Notes: generated from the letters alone by a model not told the origin. 64,000 bases of DNA from Flavobacteriales bacterium (GCA_002718035.1 PBCX01000003.1:85393-149392); one strand, 5' to 3'; counted from the stretch's first letter, positions 42,949-52,969 are shown. Translations and numbers: made by a program.

Positions 42949-43633
42949 TATTTCTTTTAATTGCTCGTAAAATAATTGTAACTGTTATGGTTATTACTAA
43001 GATAGTCAACCATTTTCTATCAATTAAATTATTTGAATTAAGTTTTAAATTGATTAATGTACTGATGTAAAAAAAGGAAAATATAGTTGCTAATAAAGAT
43101 GAATATTCTCTTTTCAATATAGTTTTTATTGACAACGAATATTTATCACTTTTATATTTTTTAAATGAAGGAAAAAATCCAGGTGTTCTCTTTTTCCATT
43201 CTATAAAAGAATTTCCAAATTTTTTGAAAAGAAATTTTTCTTCTGTTTTTATAATTTTTCCGTAATAAAAAAAGAAAAAAAAACTCAATAAAATCGTAAA
43301 AAAAGTATTTAAGGAAAAAATTGAAATACCTAGCCAAATCAAATAATTTCCAAAGTACAATGGGTTTCTGGTTATTGAATAAATTCCTTTTGTATTTATT
43401 TTTTTAGCAATTTGCTTCGATCTATTTCTTCCAGATGTTCCTCCGGGAGTTTTTCCAACAGTGTAAAATCTGATTAATAATCCAAAAAAACTTATGATAA
43501 TTGATATAATATTATTTGTTACAATTGTTTTGTTAGAAAAAGAAGAGTAATCTGTTTTCCAAATAAATGGAATTACCAATAAAAACAATAAAATTGGAAT
43601 TTGTCCTCTGTATTTAAATAAAAAATCACCCAT
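42917..43633 (-). CDS. ICMT/PEMT-family membrane methyltransferase, lipid A phosphate methyltransferase (LmtA)-like
   Basis: LFKYR, TSGRN, GIYSITRNPLYFGN, EEKFL..KFG, KREY. Confidence 0.75.
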   Translation of the reverse strand: MGDFLFKYRGQIPILLFLLVIPFIWKTDYSSFSNKTIVTNNIISIIISFFGLLIRFYTVGKTPGGTSGRNRSKQIAKKINTKGIYSITRNPLYFGNYLIWLGISIFSLNTFFTILLSFFFFFYYGKIIKTEEKFLFKKFGNSFIEWKKRTPGFFPSFKKYKSDKYSLSIKTILKREYSSLLATIFSFFYISTLINLKLNSNNLIDRKWLTILVITITVTIILRAIKRNTNLLNQKGRT

Positions 43634-43650
43634 TTTTTTAAATTTATATT

Positions 43651-44244
43651 ATGAAAATTATATTTACTTTTTTCCTTCTCTCACTTTTTTCTTTTTCCCA
43701 ATCATTAAATTACGATTATTCAGTTACATTTGGCAATCACGTTATTGCAATTAATGAAATTAATTACGATTTTCAAGAAGGTGATTTGATAGGATGTTTT
43801 TTTATTAATTCAATTGGAGATCTACAATGTTGTGGATCTGTTTCTTATGACAATGAAGAGGTGGTATATATTTCAGTATGGCCTGATGATCCATTTACAC
43901 CATATCAAGAAGGCTTTTTTGATGGAGATCAAATTATTTTGTCTTTTTTTTTATGTAATAATGAAGAATATATATCATCATATGGTTCATTGTATTTTAA
44001 TGATACCCTGAGCTCTTTAAATCAAGATGAAATTTCGTTTGTCACTAACGGATTAAGTATTTTTGAAGTTTTTATCTATGAACCTCCAAATTGTGATTCA
44101 TATTTAATAAACCAGAAAATCGATAAAAAAAAAATCAAAACACTTAATTTTTTAGGTCAGATATTTGATTCTAGTTATATAAATTTTCCATTTTTTGTTT
44201 TATATGATGATGGTACTGTTGAAAAAAAGTTTTTTTTTAGATAA
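43651..44244 (+). CDS. Secreted hypothetical protein with short T9SS-like C-terminal tail
   Basis: Signal peptide ending FS-Q; acidic domain GDLIG.F...W.DD..T...EGF..GD; tail KKIKTLNFLGQ...YDDGTVEKK. Confidence 0.65.
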   Translation: MKIIFTFFLLSLFSFSQSLNYDYSVTFGNHVIAINEINYDFQEGDLIGCFFINSIGDLQCCGSVSYDNEEVVYISVWPDDPFTPYQEGFFDGDQIILSFFLCNNEEYISSYGSLYFNDTLSSLNQDEISFVTNGLSIFEVFIYEPPNCDSYLINQKIDKKKIKTLNFLGQIFDSSYINFPFFVLYDDGTVEKKFFFR

Positions 44245-44324
44245 AAAAACTCCAATTAATATCTGATAATTAAATTATATTTCATTATATTCACAGAGAA
44301 TAATAACTAAAAAAATTAAAGATT

Positions 44325-44519
44325 ATGGGATATTCACATAAAAATAGTAAAGGAGTAACTTACTATTTACACTCAAAAGATGTAACTCTTAGAGGAGGAA
44401 GAAATCAAACAATTTATTATTTTGCTAGAGATGAAAGATCTAATTCATGCGATCTTCCAGCAGGCAAACAAGTTGTTGAAAGTTCAAGAACTGGACTTCC
44501 TCTAGTTAAAAAAGCGTAA
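44325..44519 (+). CDS. Small (64 aa) basic protein of unknown function
   Basis: A-rich leader, clean ORF, own terminator, composition unlike AT-drifted spurious ORFs. Confidence 0.8.
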   Translation: MGYSHKNSKGVTYYLHSKDVTLRGGRNQTIYYFARDERSNSCDLPAGKQVVESSRTGLPLVKKA

Positions 44520-44535
44520 GTTTAATCTTATGTAT

Positions 44536-44569
44536 AAAAAGGGGGACTTTTATAGTCCCCCTTTTTTTT
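44536..44569. terminator. Bidirectional intrinsic terminator
   Basis: A5-GGGGGACT-TTTAT-AGTCCCCC-T8: perfect 8-bp GC-rich stem with U tracts on both strands, between convergent genes. Confidence 0.9.
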
Positions 44570-44586
44570 GCTTAAATTATTTTTAA

Positions 44587-47037
44587 TTAGTTGAAATTAG
44601 AATCTTCTATTCCTTTATCAATTATAACCTCTGTTAAATTTGACTTGACTATTTGAGTACCTTGAGGGGAAGTAATAGACATTTTTATGTTTTGAGGAAA
44701 AATTAATTCTTCAAATTTAGTGTAGTTGTTGTACTCAATTATGTTTTGCATTCCATCTTTCTCAAATATTTCTTTAACTAGTTGACCACTTGAAATTTCA
44801 AAATACATAGTTTTTTCTTCACCAATTTTGTTAGTTCTAATAACTTTATATGAGTCACTGCCGTTAATTGGTTCAATTTCTATAAGTTTAAATGTGTGTT
44901 CCAATTCATTTCTTGAAAGGATTGGGAAAAGTAAAAATTCTTCAATTCGTTTGTTTAAATCTTCACCTTTTAACTCTTTTTCCCCTTGCATACCAGATGT
45001 TGAACCTGTTTCTCCATTGAATTTCATTCCTTGTATCTCTCCAATCATTTTTGCTTTCATACTCATATAAAATAAATTTGGTTTTTTATAACCTTGTTCC
45101 AAATTAATTTTCATTGGCGCACCTTGAATTTCAATATTGGAGATTAACTTTACATTATTCCACTTTGTCATGTGATTTTTTCCACCTTGAGCTTCAATAT
45201 TTTTTTCTATAATATCTTCTATTGTTGTACCATCATTTATTTTTTTACTTTTAATATTAATAACATCTCCGATATAATTATAAAAAGTTATTTTTTTATT
45301 AAAATCAAATTTTTCTAATTTTTTTGCAATTTTTTTATTTCCAACAACAATTATATTACAATTGTCAGGTTTCATATATTTTTTAGCAACTTCATAAATA
45401 TTCTTTACAGAAATGCTATTAAGTTTTTTTAAATAATTTTTATAATAGTCTTTACTTAAATCATTCATTTTAATATTTAATGCTAATTGAGCAACTCTAA
45501 ATGGGCTTTCAAGTGATCTTGAAAAACTACCGGTCATGTAATTTTTAATAACATTTAGTTCTTTGGATGTTACTAATTCTTTATTCATTCTGTCAATTTC
45601 ATATAAAAATTCAACAATCGAACTATCAGTTACTTCATTCCTTACATCAGCATAAGCAGTAAAATCTCCAACATATTTATCAGATTTTATAGATGACCTT
45701 GCTCCATATGTAAAAGCTTTATCCTCTCTTAAATTTTGCATTAATCTACCAGAAAAAACACCTCCTCCTAGAATACTATTCATTACCTTACATGCAATAT
45801 AATCTTCTGATCCAGGTTTTAGGTTGATAGGGTAGGTTACCTTGATTGTAGATTGAACTGCTCCTTCTTTATGAACAAATGCTAATTGATTATTTTTTGG
45901 TGGCGAGCATTCAACTAGTGGATACGTTACAACCTTTTTTTTCTTCCATTTTTTGAAATATTTATCACAGATTTCTTTTGCTTCATCAACATTGATATCG
46001 CCGACAATTACAAGGTATGATATATTTGGTCTAAAGTATTTAGAGTAAAGATTTTTTACATCATTTAAATTAATATTATTTAATGTCTTTTCTGTAATTA
46101 ACTCACCGTAAGGGTGGTTTTTACCATAGTTTAGTAAATTACTAATGTTGTTCGAGATTGCTCCTGGGTTACTTTTTTGGCTCTCTAATCCTGATAATAG
46201 TTGTTTTTTTGCTTTATTAAATTCTTCTGAAGAAAAAACAGGATTTTTTATTACATCATTAATTAGTTCAAGTAAAACTTTTTGATGCTTTTTTAATGCT
46301 GAAGCAAACAGACCGTCTAAACCATTATAGTTAATTGTCGCACCAATGTAGTCTGTAATCTCATTTATTTCAGTTTTAGTCTTAGTTTTTGTGCCACTAC
46401 CCATCATCATTGATAGCATGTCTTTTATTCCAACTTTTTCGTTTTCTAAAAATGGAGAGTAGTCAGGAACTAAATAAAATGAAACAACTGGTTTTTTATG
46501 ATTCTCAACCAAGATAACTTCAAGGCCATTTTTTAACTTGAATTCTTGATAATCACCAATTTTTATTTCCGGTGCTTTTCCAGCTTGAGGAGGTTTGCTT
46601 CTAAAACCATGTAATTTTTCCCATTGGTTTTTCCCAATTAGAATATCAGAAGAAATTGTATTTATTTTTTTCGAAATTAATTCTAGATATTCATAGTTTC
46701 TTTTCTTCTTATATGATTCATTTTTGATTAATTCTGATAATTTGATTAAGTCTTCATTATTTATTTTTTTTGAAAGATAAATATCTGAGGACCAGTCCGT
46801 TTGAAAGCTAAAACCTTTTATATATGAATTTATTCCTTTTTCAATACATACCCAACCCTCAGTTTTAAAATCTTTTATATATTCATATTTTCTACTGTTA
46901 CTTTTTTTTACTTTCTTTTTTTCAACAAATTGTAAACAAGATTTAATTTCTTCTAAAGTAGATCCTAATTTTTCTTGTTTATCTTGTGAGTAAGTATTTA
47001 AACATATAAAGCTTAAAATTAGTATAAATTTTTTCAT
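44587..47037 (-). CDS. M16B (insulinase/pitrilysin) peptidase, non-catalytic subunit with extra N- and C-terminal domains
   Basis: LKNGLEVILVENH, HPYG, ILGGG...RL..NLREDKAFTYG; no HXXEH motif. Confidence 0.85.
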   Translation of the reverse strand: MKKFILILSFICLNTYSQDKQEKLGSTLEEIKSCLQFVEKKKVKKSNSRKYEYIKDFKTEGWVCIEKGINSYIKGFSFQTDWSSDIYLSKKINNEDLIKLSELIKNESYKKKRNYEYLELISKKINTISSDILIGKNQWEKLHGFRSKPPQAGKAPEIKIGDYQEFKLKNGLEVILVENHKKPVVSFYLVPDYSPFLENEKVGIKDMLSMMMGSGTKTKTKTEINEITDYIGATINYNGLDGLFASALKKHQKVLLELINDVIKNPVFSSEEFNKAKKQLLSGLESQKSNPGAISNNISNLLNYGKNHPYGELITEKTLNNINLNDVKNLYSKYFRPNISYLVIVGDINVDEAKEICDKYFKKWKKKKVVTYPLVECSPPKNNQLAFVHKEGAVQSTIKVTYPINLKPGSEDYIACKVMNSILGGGVFSGRLMQNLREDKAFTYGARSSIKSDKYVGDFTAYADVRNEVTDSSIVEFLYEIDRMNKELVTSKELNVIKNYMTGSFSRSLESPFRVAQLALNIKMNDLSKDYYKNYLKKLNSISVKNIYEVAKKYMKPDNCNIIVVGNKKIAKKLEKFDFNKKITFYNYIGDVINIKSKKINDGTTIEDIIEKNIEAQGGKNHMTKWNNVKLISNIEIQGAPMKINLEQGYKKPNLFYMSMKAKMIGEIQGMKFNGETGSTSGMQGEKELKGEDLNKRIEEFLLFPILSRNELEHTFKLIEIEPINGSDSYKVIRTNKIGEEKTMYFEISSGQLVKEIFEKDGMQNIIEYNNYTKFEELIFPQNIKMSITSPQGTQIVKSNLTEVIIDKGIEDSNFN

Positions 47038-47046
47038 GATATTTTT

Positions 47047-48354
47047 TTATTTTTTTGGTAAATAATAGAGAGTTACTCGGTTTTGTTTATTATAATATTT
47101 TTTGGCAGCATTCATTATATCTTCTTTTGTAACTGCTAAATATCTATTTATTTCTTCATTAATTAAATTTGTATTTTTATAAAATAAATAATAATTAGCT
47201 AGACTTTCAGCTATGCCATCCATTCTTGAGTTAGAGTTGACAAAGTCACTTTCAATTTGATTTCTAACTTTTTCTAATTCTCTATCTGTAATGAATTCTG
47301 ATTTTAGTTTGTTGTATTCTTTATTCATTATGTTTTCTATTTCTTCAGGATTTTCTCCAGAATTCGCCATTGCAAAAGCAATTGTTAAACCTGGGTCTTC
47401 TAAATTAAAAGTAAATGCACCAGCATAGACGCACTTTTGACTTTTTTCTACTAATTCTTTATGTAATCTTGAACTTTTACCATCTGACAATATTTTATTT
47501 AACATATCAACAGCGTAAAAATCTTTAGATCCCTGAGCAGGAATATGATAACCATGAATTATTGCATCTAATTGAATATTGTCAAATATAGTATCTCTAA
47601 TTTCTCTATTTTTTTCTGGTTCTATTGTATTTGGCCTTGGTATATCATGTTTACTTTTAGGAATGTTTGAAAAATATTTATTTACTAATAATTTGGTTTC
47701 TTCAATATTAATATCTCCTGCGATTGACAAAACTGCATTATTTGGAGCATAAAATGTTTTGTAGAAATCCATAAATTCTTTTTCAGTAGCAGCATTGAGA
47801 TGTTCCATTGAACCAATTACAGTCCATCTATAAGGATGTTTAATGTATGCTCTTTTCATCATTTCTCCGATCATAGTTCCGTAAGGTTGGTTATCAACTC
47901 TTTGTCTTTTTTCTTCTTTAACAACTTCTCTTTGTGTTTCTATCCCTATTGGTTCGACTTTCGCGTGTAACATTCTTTCAGATTCAAGCCATAATCCAAG
48001 ATCTAGTTGATTTGATGGAAGTACTTCATGGTAATAAGTTTTATCATTTGATGTATATGCATTATTTGAACCTCCAGAGTTTTCAATATAATCATCAAAT
48101 TCACCCCTTGAAATATTTTCGGAACCTTCGAATAGTAGATGTTCAAAGAAATGAGCCATTCCTGTTCTTTCTGGGTTTTCATTTTTTGAGCCAACATGGT
48201 ACATTACAGAAATAGCAACAATAGGAGTTGAATTATCCTCATGTAAAATAACATGCAATCCATTATTTAATGTAAATTCTGTGAATTCAATTGGCTTTAC
48301 TTGAGAGAATGCAAAAGAAAAAGTAAATAAAAAGATAAAAGTGTAAAATTTCAT
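47047..48354 (-). CDS. M16B peptidase, catalytic subunit
   Basis: YHVGSKNE, inverted zinc motif AHFFEHLLF, LESERM, VKEEKRQR, HPYRW. Confidence 0.92.
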   Translation of the reverse strand: MKFYTFIFLFTFSFAFSQVKPIEFTEFTLNNGLHVILHEDNSTPIVAISVMYHVGSKNENPERTGMAHFFEHLLFEGSENISRGEFDDYIENSGGSNNAYTSNDKTYYHEVLPSNQLDLGLWLESERMLHAKVEPIGIETQREVVKEEKRQRVDNQPYGTMIGEMMKRAYIKHPYRWTVIGSMEHLNAATEKEFMDFYKTFYAPNNAVLSIAGDINIEETKLLVNKYFSNIPKSKHDIPRPNTIEPEKNREIRDTIFDNIQLDAIIHGYHIPAQGSKDFYAVDMLNKILSDGKSSRLHKELVEKSQKCVYAGAFTFNLEDPGLTIAFAMANSGENPEEIENIMNKEYNKLKSEFITDRELEKVRNQIESDFVNSNSRMDGIAESLANYYLFYKNTNLINEEINRYLAVTKEDIMNAAKKYYNKQNRVTLYYLPKK

Positions 48355-48391
48355 AATTATTTCATTAAAATTAATCTGATAATTGAGAAAG

Positions 48392-48399
48392 CAAATATA
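48392..48399 (-). promoter_or_regulatory. Bacteroidota -7 promoter element for the M16 pair
   Basis: TATATTTG on the minus strand, 37 nt upstream of the ATG, with TTG about 22 nt further upstream. Confidence 0.55.
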
Positions 48400-48441
48400 A
48401 AAATATTATCGATATTTGTTTCAACTTATTACTGTGTTATA

Positions 48442-49809
48442 ATGTCAAATAAAAGTTTTTCATTAAGTGGGATGCCAGATTTATCTTCAATTGAAGTTAA
48501 AAAAAGAGAATATGTTCTTAATGTTATGAAAAAAATATTTGAAAAATATGGCTTCCAACCTCTAGAAACTCCAGCAATTGAAAAAAGAGAAGTTTTAATT
48601 GGTAATTATGGCTCGGATGCTGATAAATTGGTTTATCAGTTATTGAAAAGTGGAGATTTTTTATCTAAAGTAGATAGTCAACTTTTAAATTCTGATTATA
48701 ATACTCTATCTTCTGTAATCAGTGATAAGGCCTTAAGATATGATCTTACTATTCCTTTTGCAAGATATATTTCAAAAAATCAATCATCAATTAATTTTCC
48801 ATACAAAAGATACCAAATGCAAAAAGTATGGAGAGCTGACCGACCTCAAAAGGGTAGGCTAAGAGAGTTTACTCAATGTGATGCAGATATCATTGGAAGT
48901 GATTCACATTGGTTAGAGATAGATTTAATAAAAGTTTATGATGAAGTTTTTTTTGATTTAGGTTTAGAGAATGTTATTTTAAAAATTAATAATAGAAAAA
49001 TTCTAGAGGGATTGTTTAAGATATTTTCATCAGATTTAAAATTTACAGAATTTTGTATTGCTTTAGATAAAATTGAAAAAAAAGGTAAGAATTACTTCAT
49101 AGATTTTTTGAAAAAAAATAAAGTTTCTAAGAAAAATATTTTATTATTTGAATTACTTCTCAAGCAAAGTATATCAATTAATGATTTAGATTCTTTTTTT
49201 TCAAAAAAAATTAAATCTAAAAATGATTTTATTGATCAGGGTGTTTCTGATACCATCGCTGTTTTTTCAAGATTAGGAAATTTAAAATGTTTAAAAATTG
49301 AGTTTGATTTATCATTAGCTAGGGGGTTAAACTATTATACTGGATTAATTTTTGAAGTTTTAAATAGTAAAGTTAGTATTGGCAGCATTGGAGGTGGTGG
49401 GAGATACGATAATTTAACATCAATATTTGGTAAAAATATTGGTAGTGGAGCAGGTATTTCATTTGGTTTAGAAAGAATCATTATTTGTTTAAATGAGCTA
49501 AATCTCTTTCCAAAATTTTTATATGATTCTCTAGATGTTCTTTTTGTAAATTTAGGTGACAAAGAAGCTATTTTGAGCCAAAATTATATTGACAAATTAA
49601 GGTCATTTAACTACAGTTGTGAACTATATCCTGATAATATTAAATTAAAAAAACAATTATCTTACGCAAATAAAAGAAATGTTAGGTACATAGCAATCAT
49701 AGGCGAAGATGAATTAAAATCAAATAAAATTACCTTGAAGAATATGTCTAACGGTGATCAACACAAACTTAACTTTAATGATTTAATAAATTTTTTTAAA
49801 AATGAATAA
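48442..49809 (+). CDS. hisS: Histidine--tRNA ligase
   Basis: LRYDLTIPFAR, WRADRPQKGR.REF.QCD, LARGLNYYTG, GGGRYD, SFGLER. Confidence 0.96.
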   Translation: MSNKSFSLSGMPDLSSIEVKKREYVLNVMKKIFEKYGFQPLETPAIEKREVLIGNYGSDADKLVYQLLKSGDFLSKVDSQLLNSDYNTLSSVISDKALRYDLTIPFARYISKNQSSINFPYKRYQMQKVWRADRPQKGRLREFTQCDADIIGSDSHWLEIDLIKVYDEVFFDLGLENVILKINNRKILEGLFKIFSSDLKFTEFCIALDKIEKKGKNYFIDFLKKNKVSKKNILLFELLLKQSISINDLDSFFSKKIKSKNDFIDQGVSDTIAVFSRLGNLKCLKIEFDLSLARGLNYYTGLIFEVLNSKVSIGSIGGGGRYDNLTSIFGKNIGSGAGISFGLERIIICLNELNLFPKFLYDSLDVLFVNLGDKEAILSQNYIDKLRSFNYSCELYPDNIKLKKQLSYANKRNVRYIAIIGEDELKSNKITLKNMSNGDQHKLNFNDLINFFKNE

Positions 49810-51280
49810 ATACTTTGATTTAGGAAAAAAATTAAATGTAGATTCAATAAATAAAATTTTAGTTGAAAATAAGAAGTTGAGACTTTTAAATTCAACAGAA
49901 AAAAAAATAATAAAATCTAGATCTTTTTTAGAAAATAAAATTTCTGATTCATCTGATAAAATTTACGGTGTAAATACTGGTTTTGGTTCTTTGTGTGATA
50001 CAGAAATTTCAAAAAAAGATATTAATAAGTTACAAGAAAATTTAATTCTTTCTCATGCATGCGGAACTGGAGACCTAGTACCAAAACATATTGCTAAATT
50101 AATGTTGTTACTGAAAATTAATTCACTTTGTCTCGGTTTCTCAGGGGTTAGATTAAGTTTAATAAAACATCTCATAAAATTCTATAATTATGATTTAATT
50201 CCAGTAGTTTATGAGCAAGGTTCACTAGGCGCTTCTGGAGATCTTGCTCCACTTGCTCATATGTGTTTGCCACTACTAGGAAAAGGAAAGTTTTATACTG
50301 GTACTGGTGCTAAAGAGTCAACTAAAATTTTGAAAAAGAAAAACATAAAAAATTTTAAACTTTCATACAAGGAGGGCTTAGCTTTATTAAATGGTACACA
50401 ATTTATGTTATCATTTTCTATTTGGTCAATATTACAGTCTATTAAGTTAAATTATTTATTTGATAAAATTGCATCTATTTCCATAGAAGCTTTTAGTTGT
50501 AGAGTAGAACCCTTTTCAAAATTAATTTCATCAGTTAGACCCCACCAAGGTCATCTTGAAACAATAAATAATGTTTTTACTTTTCTAAAAGGTAGTTCTA
50601 TTCATAACCATAACAGCGATTATGTTCAAGATCCATATTCATTTAGGTGTATCCCTCAAGTTCACGGTGCAACCAAAGATGTTGTAAATTATTTTAAGAA
50701 AATAGTAGATATTGAAATAAATTCAGTTACTGATAATCCAATAGTTTTTGAAAATGAAAAAGAAATCATCTCTGGAGGTAATTTTCATGGTCAACCACTT
50801 GCAATGGGTATGGATTATTTAGCGATTGCTATGAGTGAATTAGGTAACATTTCTGAAAGAAGAGTCTTTAACTTGATTTCTGGAAAGAGAAATTTACCTA
50901 AATATTTAATTCAAAACTCTGGTTTAAACTCTGGAATGATGATAACTCAATATACTGCTGCTTCAATTGTAAGTCAAAATAAACAATATTGTACTCCATC
51001 CTCAGTAGATAGTATTGTTTCTTCAAATGGTCAAGAAGATCACGTTAGTATGGGAGCAAATTCAGCACTAAAATTATTTAAAGTAATAAACAATACAAAA
51101 ACTTTGTTGTCTATAGAATTATTAAATGCAGCTCAAGCTTTTGATTTAACTGATAAAAAAGGTTCAAAAAACATTAGATTATTTCTTAAAAAATATAGAG
51201 AATATGTTCCTTTTTTGAAATCTGACTCAGAAATGTCAAGATATATTTTTAAAGGAATTGATTTTTTAATGAAATTTTAA
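49802..51280 (+). CDS. hutH: Histidine ammonia-lyase
   Basis: YGVNTGFG, LILSHACG, MIO-forming GASGDLAPL, QDPYSFRC, GGNFHGQP, QEDHVSMG. Confidence 0.94.
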   Translation: MNKYFDLGKKLNVDSINKILVENKKLRLLNSTEKKIIKSRSFLENKISDSSDKIYGVNTGFGSLCDTEISKKDINKLQENLILSHACGTGDLVPKHIAKLMLLLKINSLCLGFSGVRLSLIKHLIKFYNYDLIPVVYEQGSLGASGDLAPLAHMCLPLLGKGKFYTGTGAKESTKILKKKNIKNFKLSYKEGLALLNGTQFMLSFSIWSILQSIKLNYLFDKIASISIEAFSCRVEPFSKLISSVRPHQGHLETINNVFTFLKGSSIHNHNSDYVQDPYSFRCIPQVHGATKDVVNYFKKIVDIEINSVTDNPIVFENEKEIISGGNFHGQPLAMGMDYLAIAMSELGNISERRVFNLISGKRNLPKYLIQNSGLNSGMMITQYTAASIVSQNKQYCTPSSVDSIVSSNGQEDHVSMGANSALKLFKVINNTKTLLSIELLNAAQAFDLTDKKGSKNIRLFLKKYREYVPFLKSDSEMSRYIFKGIDFLMKF

Positions 51281-51282
51281 AT

Positions 51283-52297
51283 TTATTTAAGAATATTGCC
51301 TGCAAGTATTTTAATGACAGCGTAGGACGGTATTGCTAATAGCATCCATACAATTCCTCCAAGCATACCAGCAGCTAAGACAATAGTAAATATTTCTAAT
51401 GGATGAATTTTTAATATTTTAGAAAATATCATGGGTTGAAATATAAAGTTGTCTGAGTTTTGAATAATTGCAAAAAGAATAAATGTTTTAACTAATAAAT
51501 TAGGAATCAAATCAATATTTTGGGTTGTTGTAATAATTATGATCGATGCAAAAGAAAAACCAATAATAGGACCTACATAAGGAATAATATTAATTATTGC
51601 TGCGAATAAAGCAATTACCCAAGCGTGTTGAATATTTAAAAAATCCATTCCAATTCCATAACAAATAAATAAAATACTTAGTTGAGTTATTAAGCCTGTA
51701 AAATATCTTCTTAAATAATAAGTAATTTCAATTAATTTTTCTTCAGATTTTAAAATGTAATTAGAAATAAATTTTAAAAATTTATCTTTTAAAATTTCTG
51801 TATCTTTTAATAAAAAAAATGTTATAAAACATATTGAAAAGCTTGCTAAAAATACATTACCTAATAAACTAAAAGTTTTAGCAAATAAACTCGTAAAAGA
51901 AGTAAAATTTAATAATGAAAAAATTTCATCGCTTTTTATATTTGAGTTGATATTATATTTTTTAAAAAAATCATTAATATCTGAGATCCAATTATTTAGA
52001 TAATTTTGAAAATTATTATAATCTATTTTGCTAATAGTTTCTATTTCATCTAAAATAATAGGGGAGCCAACAAAACCTAACATAAATATTACAAGAAAAA
52101 TAATGAGTATACAAATTAAAGAGGAAAACACTCTATTTAATTTGTGAAATTGTAGTTTTTTATTTAGAGGGTTAAGGACAATAGCTAAAATGATAGAAAT
52201 GAACAAATAAGCAAATAAAATACTAAGTTTCCAAAAAAGAAATAGTAAAGAAAACCCTATAAATAATCCCCATATATTACTTGTTTTTTTTTTTCAT
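51283..52297 (-). CDS. AI-2E (PerM) family transporter; natural ATG at 52297 is out of frame across an A11 tract
   Basis: LRRYF.G, NIIPYVGP, QNSDNFIFQP, HPLEIF, AIPSY. The frame stays open 5' of the TTG at 52206 (TSNIWGLFIGFSLLFLFWK...) up to the homopolymer. Confidence 0.8.
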
Positions 52298-52306
52298 CCT
52301 ATAAAT

Positions 52307-52969
52307 TTAATTATTAGTCATAATATAATCTATTATATTTGCACCCATTTTTAATGCTTTCTCTCTTTTGTTTTTTGAATTTTGATGTATTTCCTTGTCT
52401 TCCCAACCATCTCCAAGATCACTTTCATATGAATAAAAACAAACTAACCTTCCATTTTTTATAAGAGCCATTCCCTGTGGGCGTTTATTGTCATGTTCAT
52501 GAATTTTTGGTAATCCATTTTCAAATTTAAATTTCATATTATAAATTTTATGACTTTTTGGAAGTTCAACAAAATCTAGTTCAGGAAAAACTTTCTTCAT
52601 CTCTTTTCTTACGTATTGATCCATTCCATAATTATCATCAATATGTAAAAAACCACCACTCATCAGATAATTTCTTAAATTTTCAGACTCAAAGTTATTG
52701 AAGTATACATTCCCATGTCCGGTCATAAAAATAAATGGGTAATTAAATATTTCTAAACTACCAACATCCACAGTAGCATAATTTGGGTTAATATTCATAT
52801 TTAATTTTTCGTTGCAGAAAATTGCTAAATTTTTTAATGAACTTGGATTCGAATACCAATCTCCTCCACCTTGATATTTTAGAACAGCAAATTGATAAGT
52901 TTTTTCGTTTAAACTAATTGAGCTAGTACATAAAAATAAAATAAGTATTAGATAAAACTTTTTCATCAT
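52307..52969 (-). CDS. DUF4159 domain protein
   Basis: LKYQGGGDWY.NP, PFIFMTGHG, GGFLHIDDNYG, PKIHEHD, DLGDGWED. Confidence 0.85.
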   Translation of the reverse strand: MMKKFYLILILFLCTSSISLNEKTYQFAVLKYQGGGDWYSNPSSLKNLAIFCNEKLNMNINPNYATVDVGSLEIFNYPFIFMTGHGNVYFNNFESENLRNYLMSGGFLHIDDNYGMDQYVRKEMKKVFPELDFVELPKSHKIYNMKFKFENGLPKIHEHDNKRPQGMALIKNGRLVCFYSYESDLGDGWEDKEIHQNSKNKREKALKMGANIIDYIMTNN

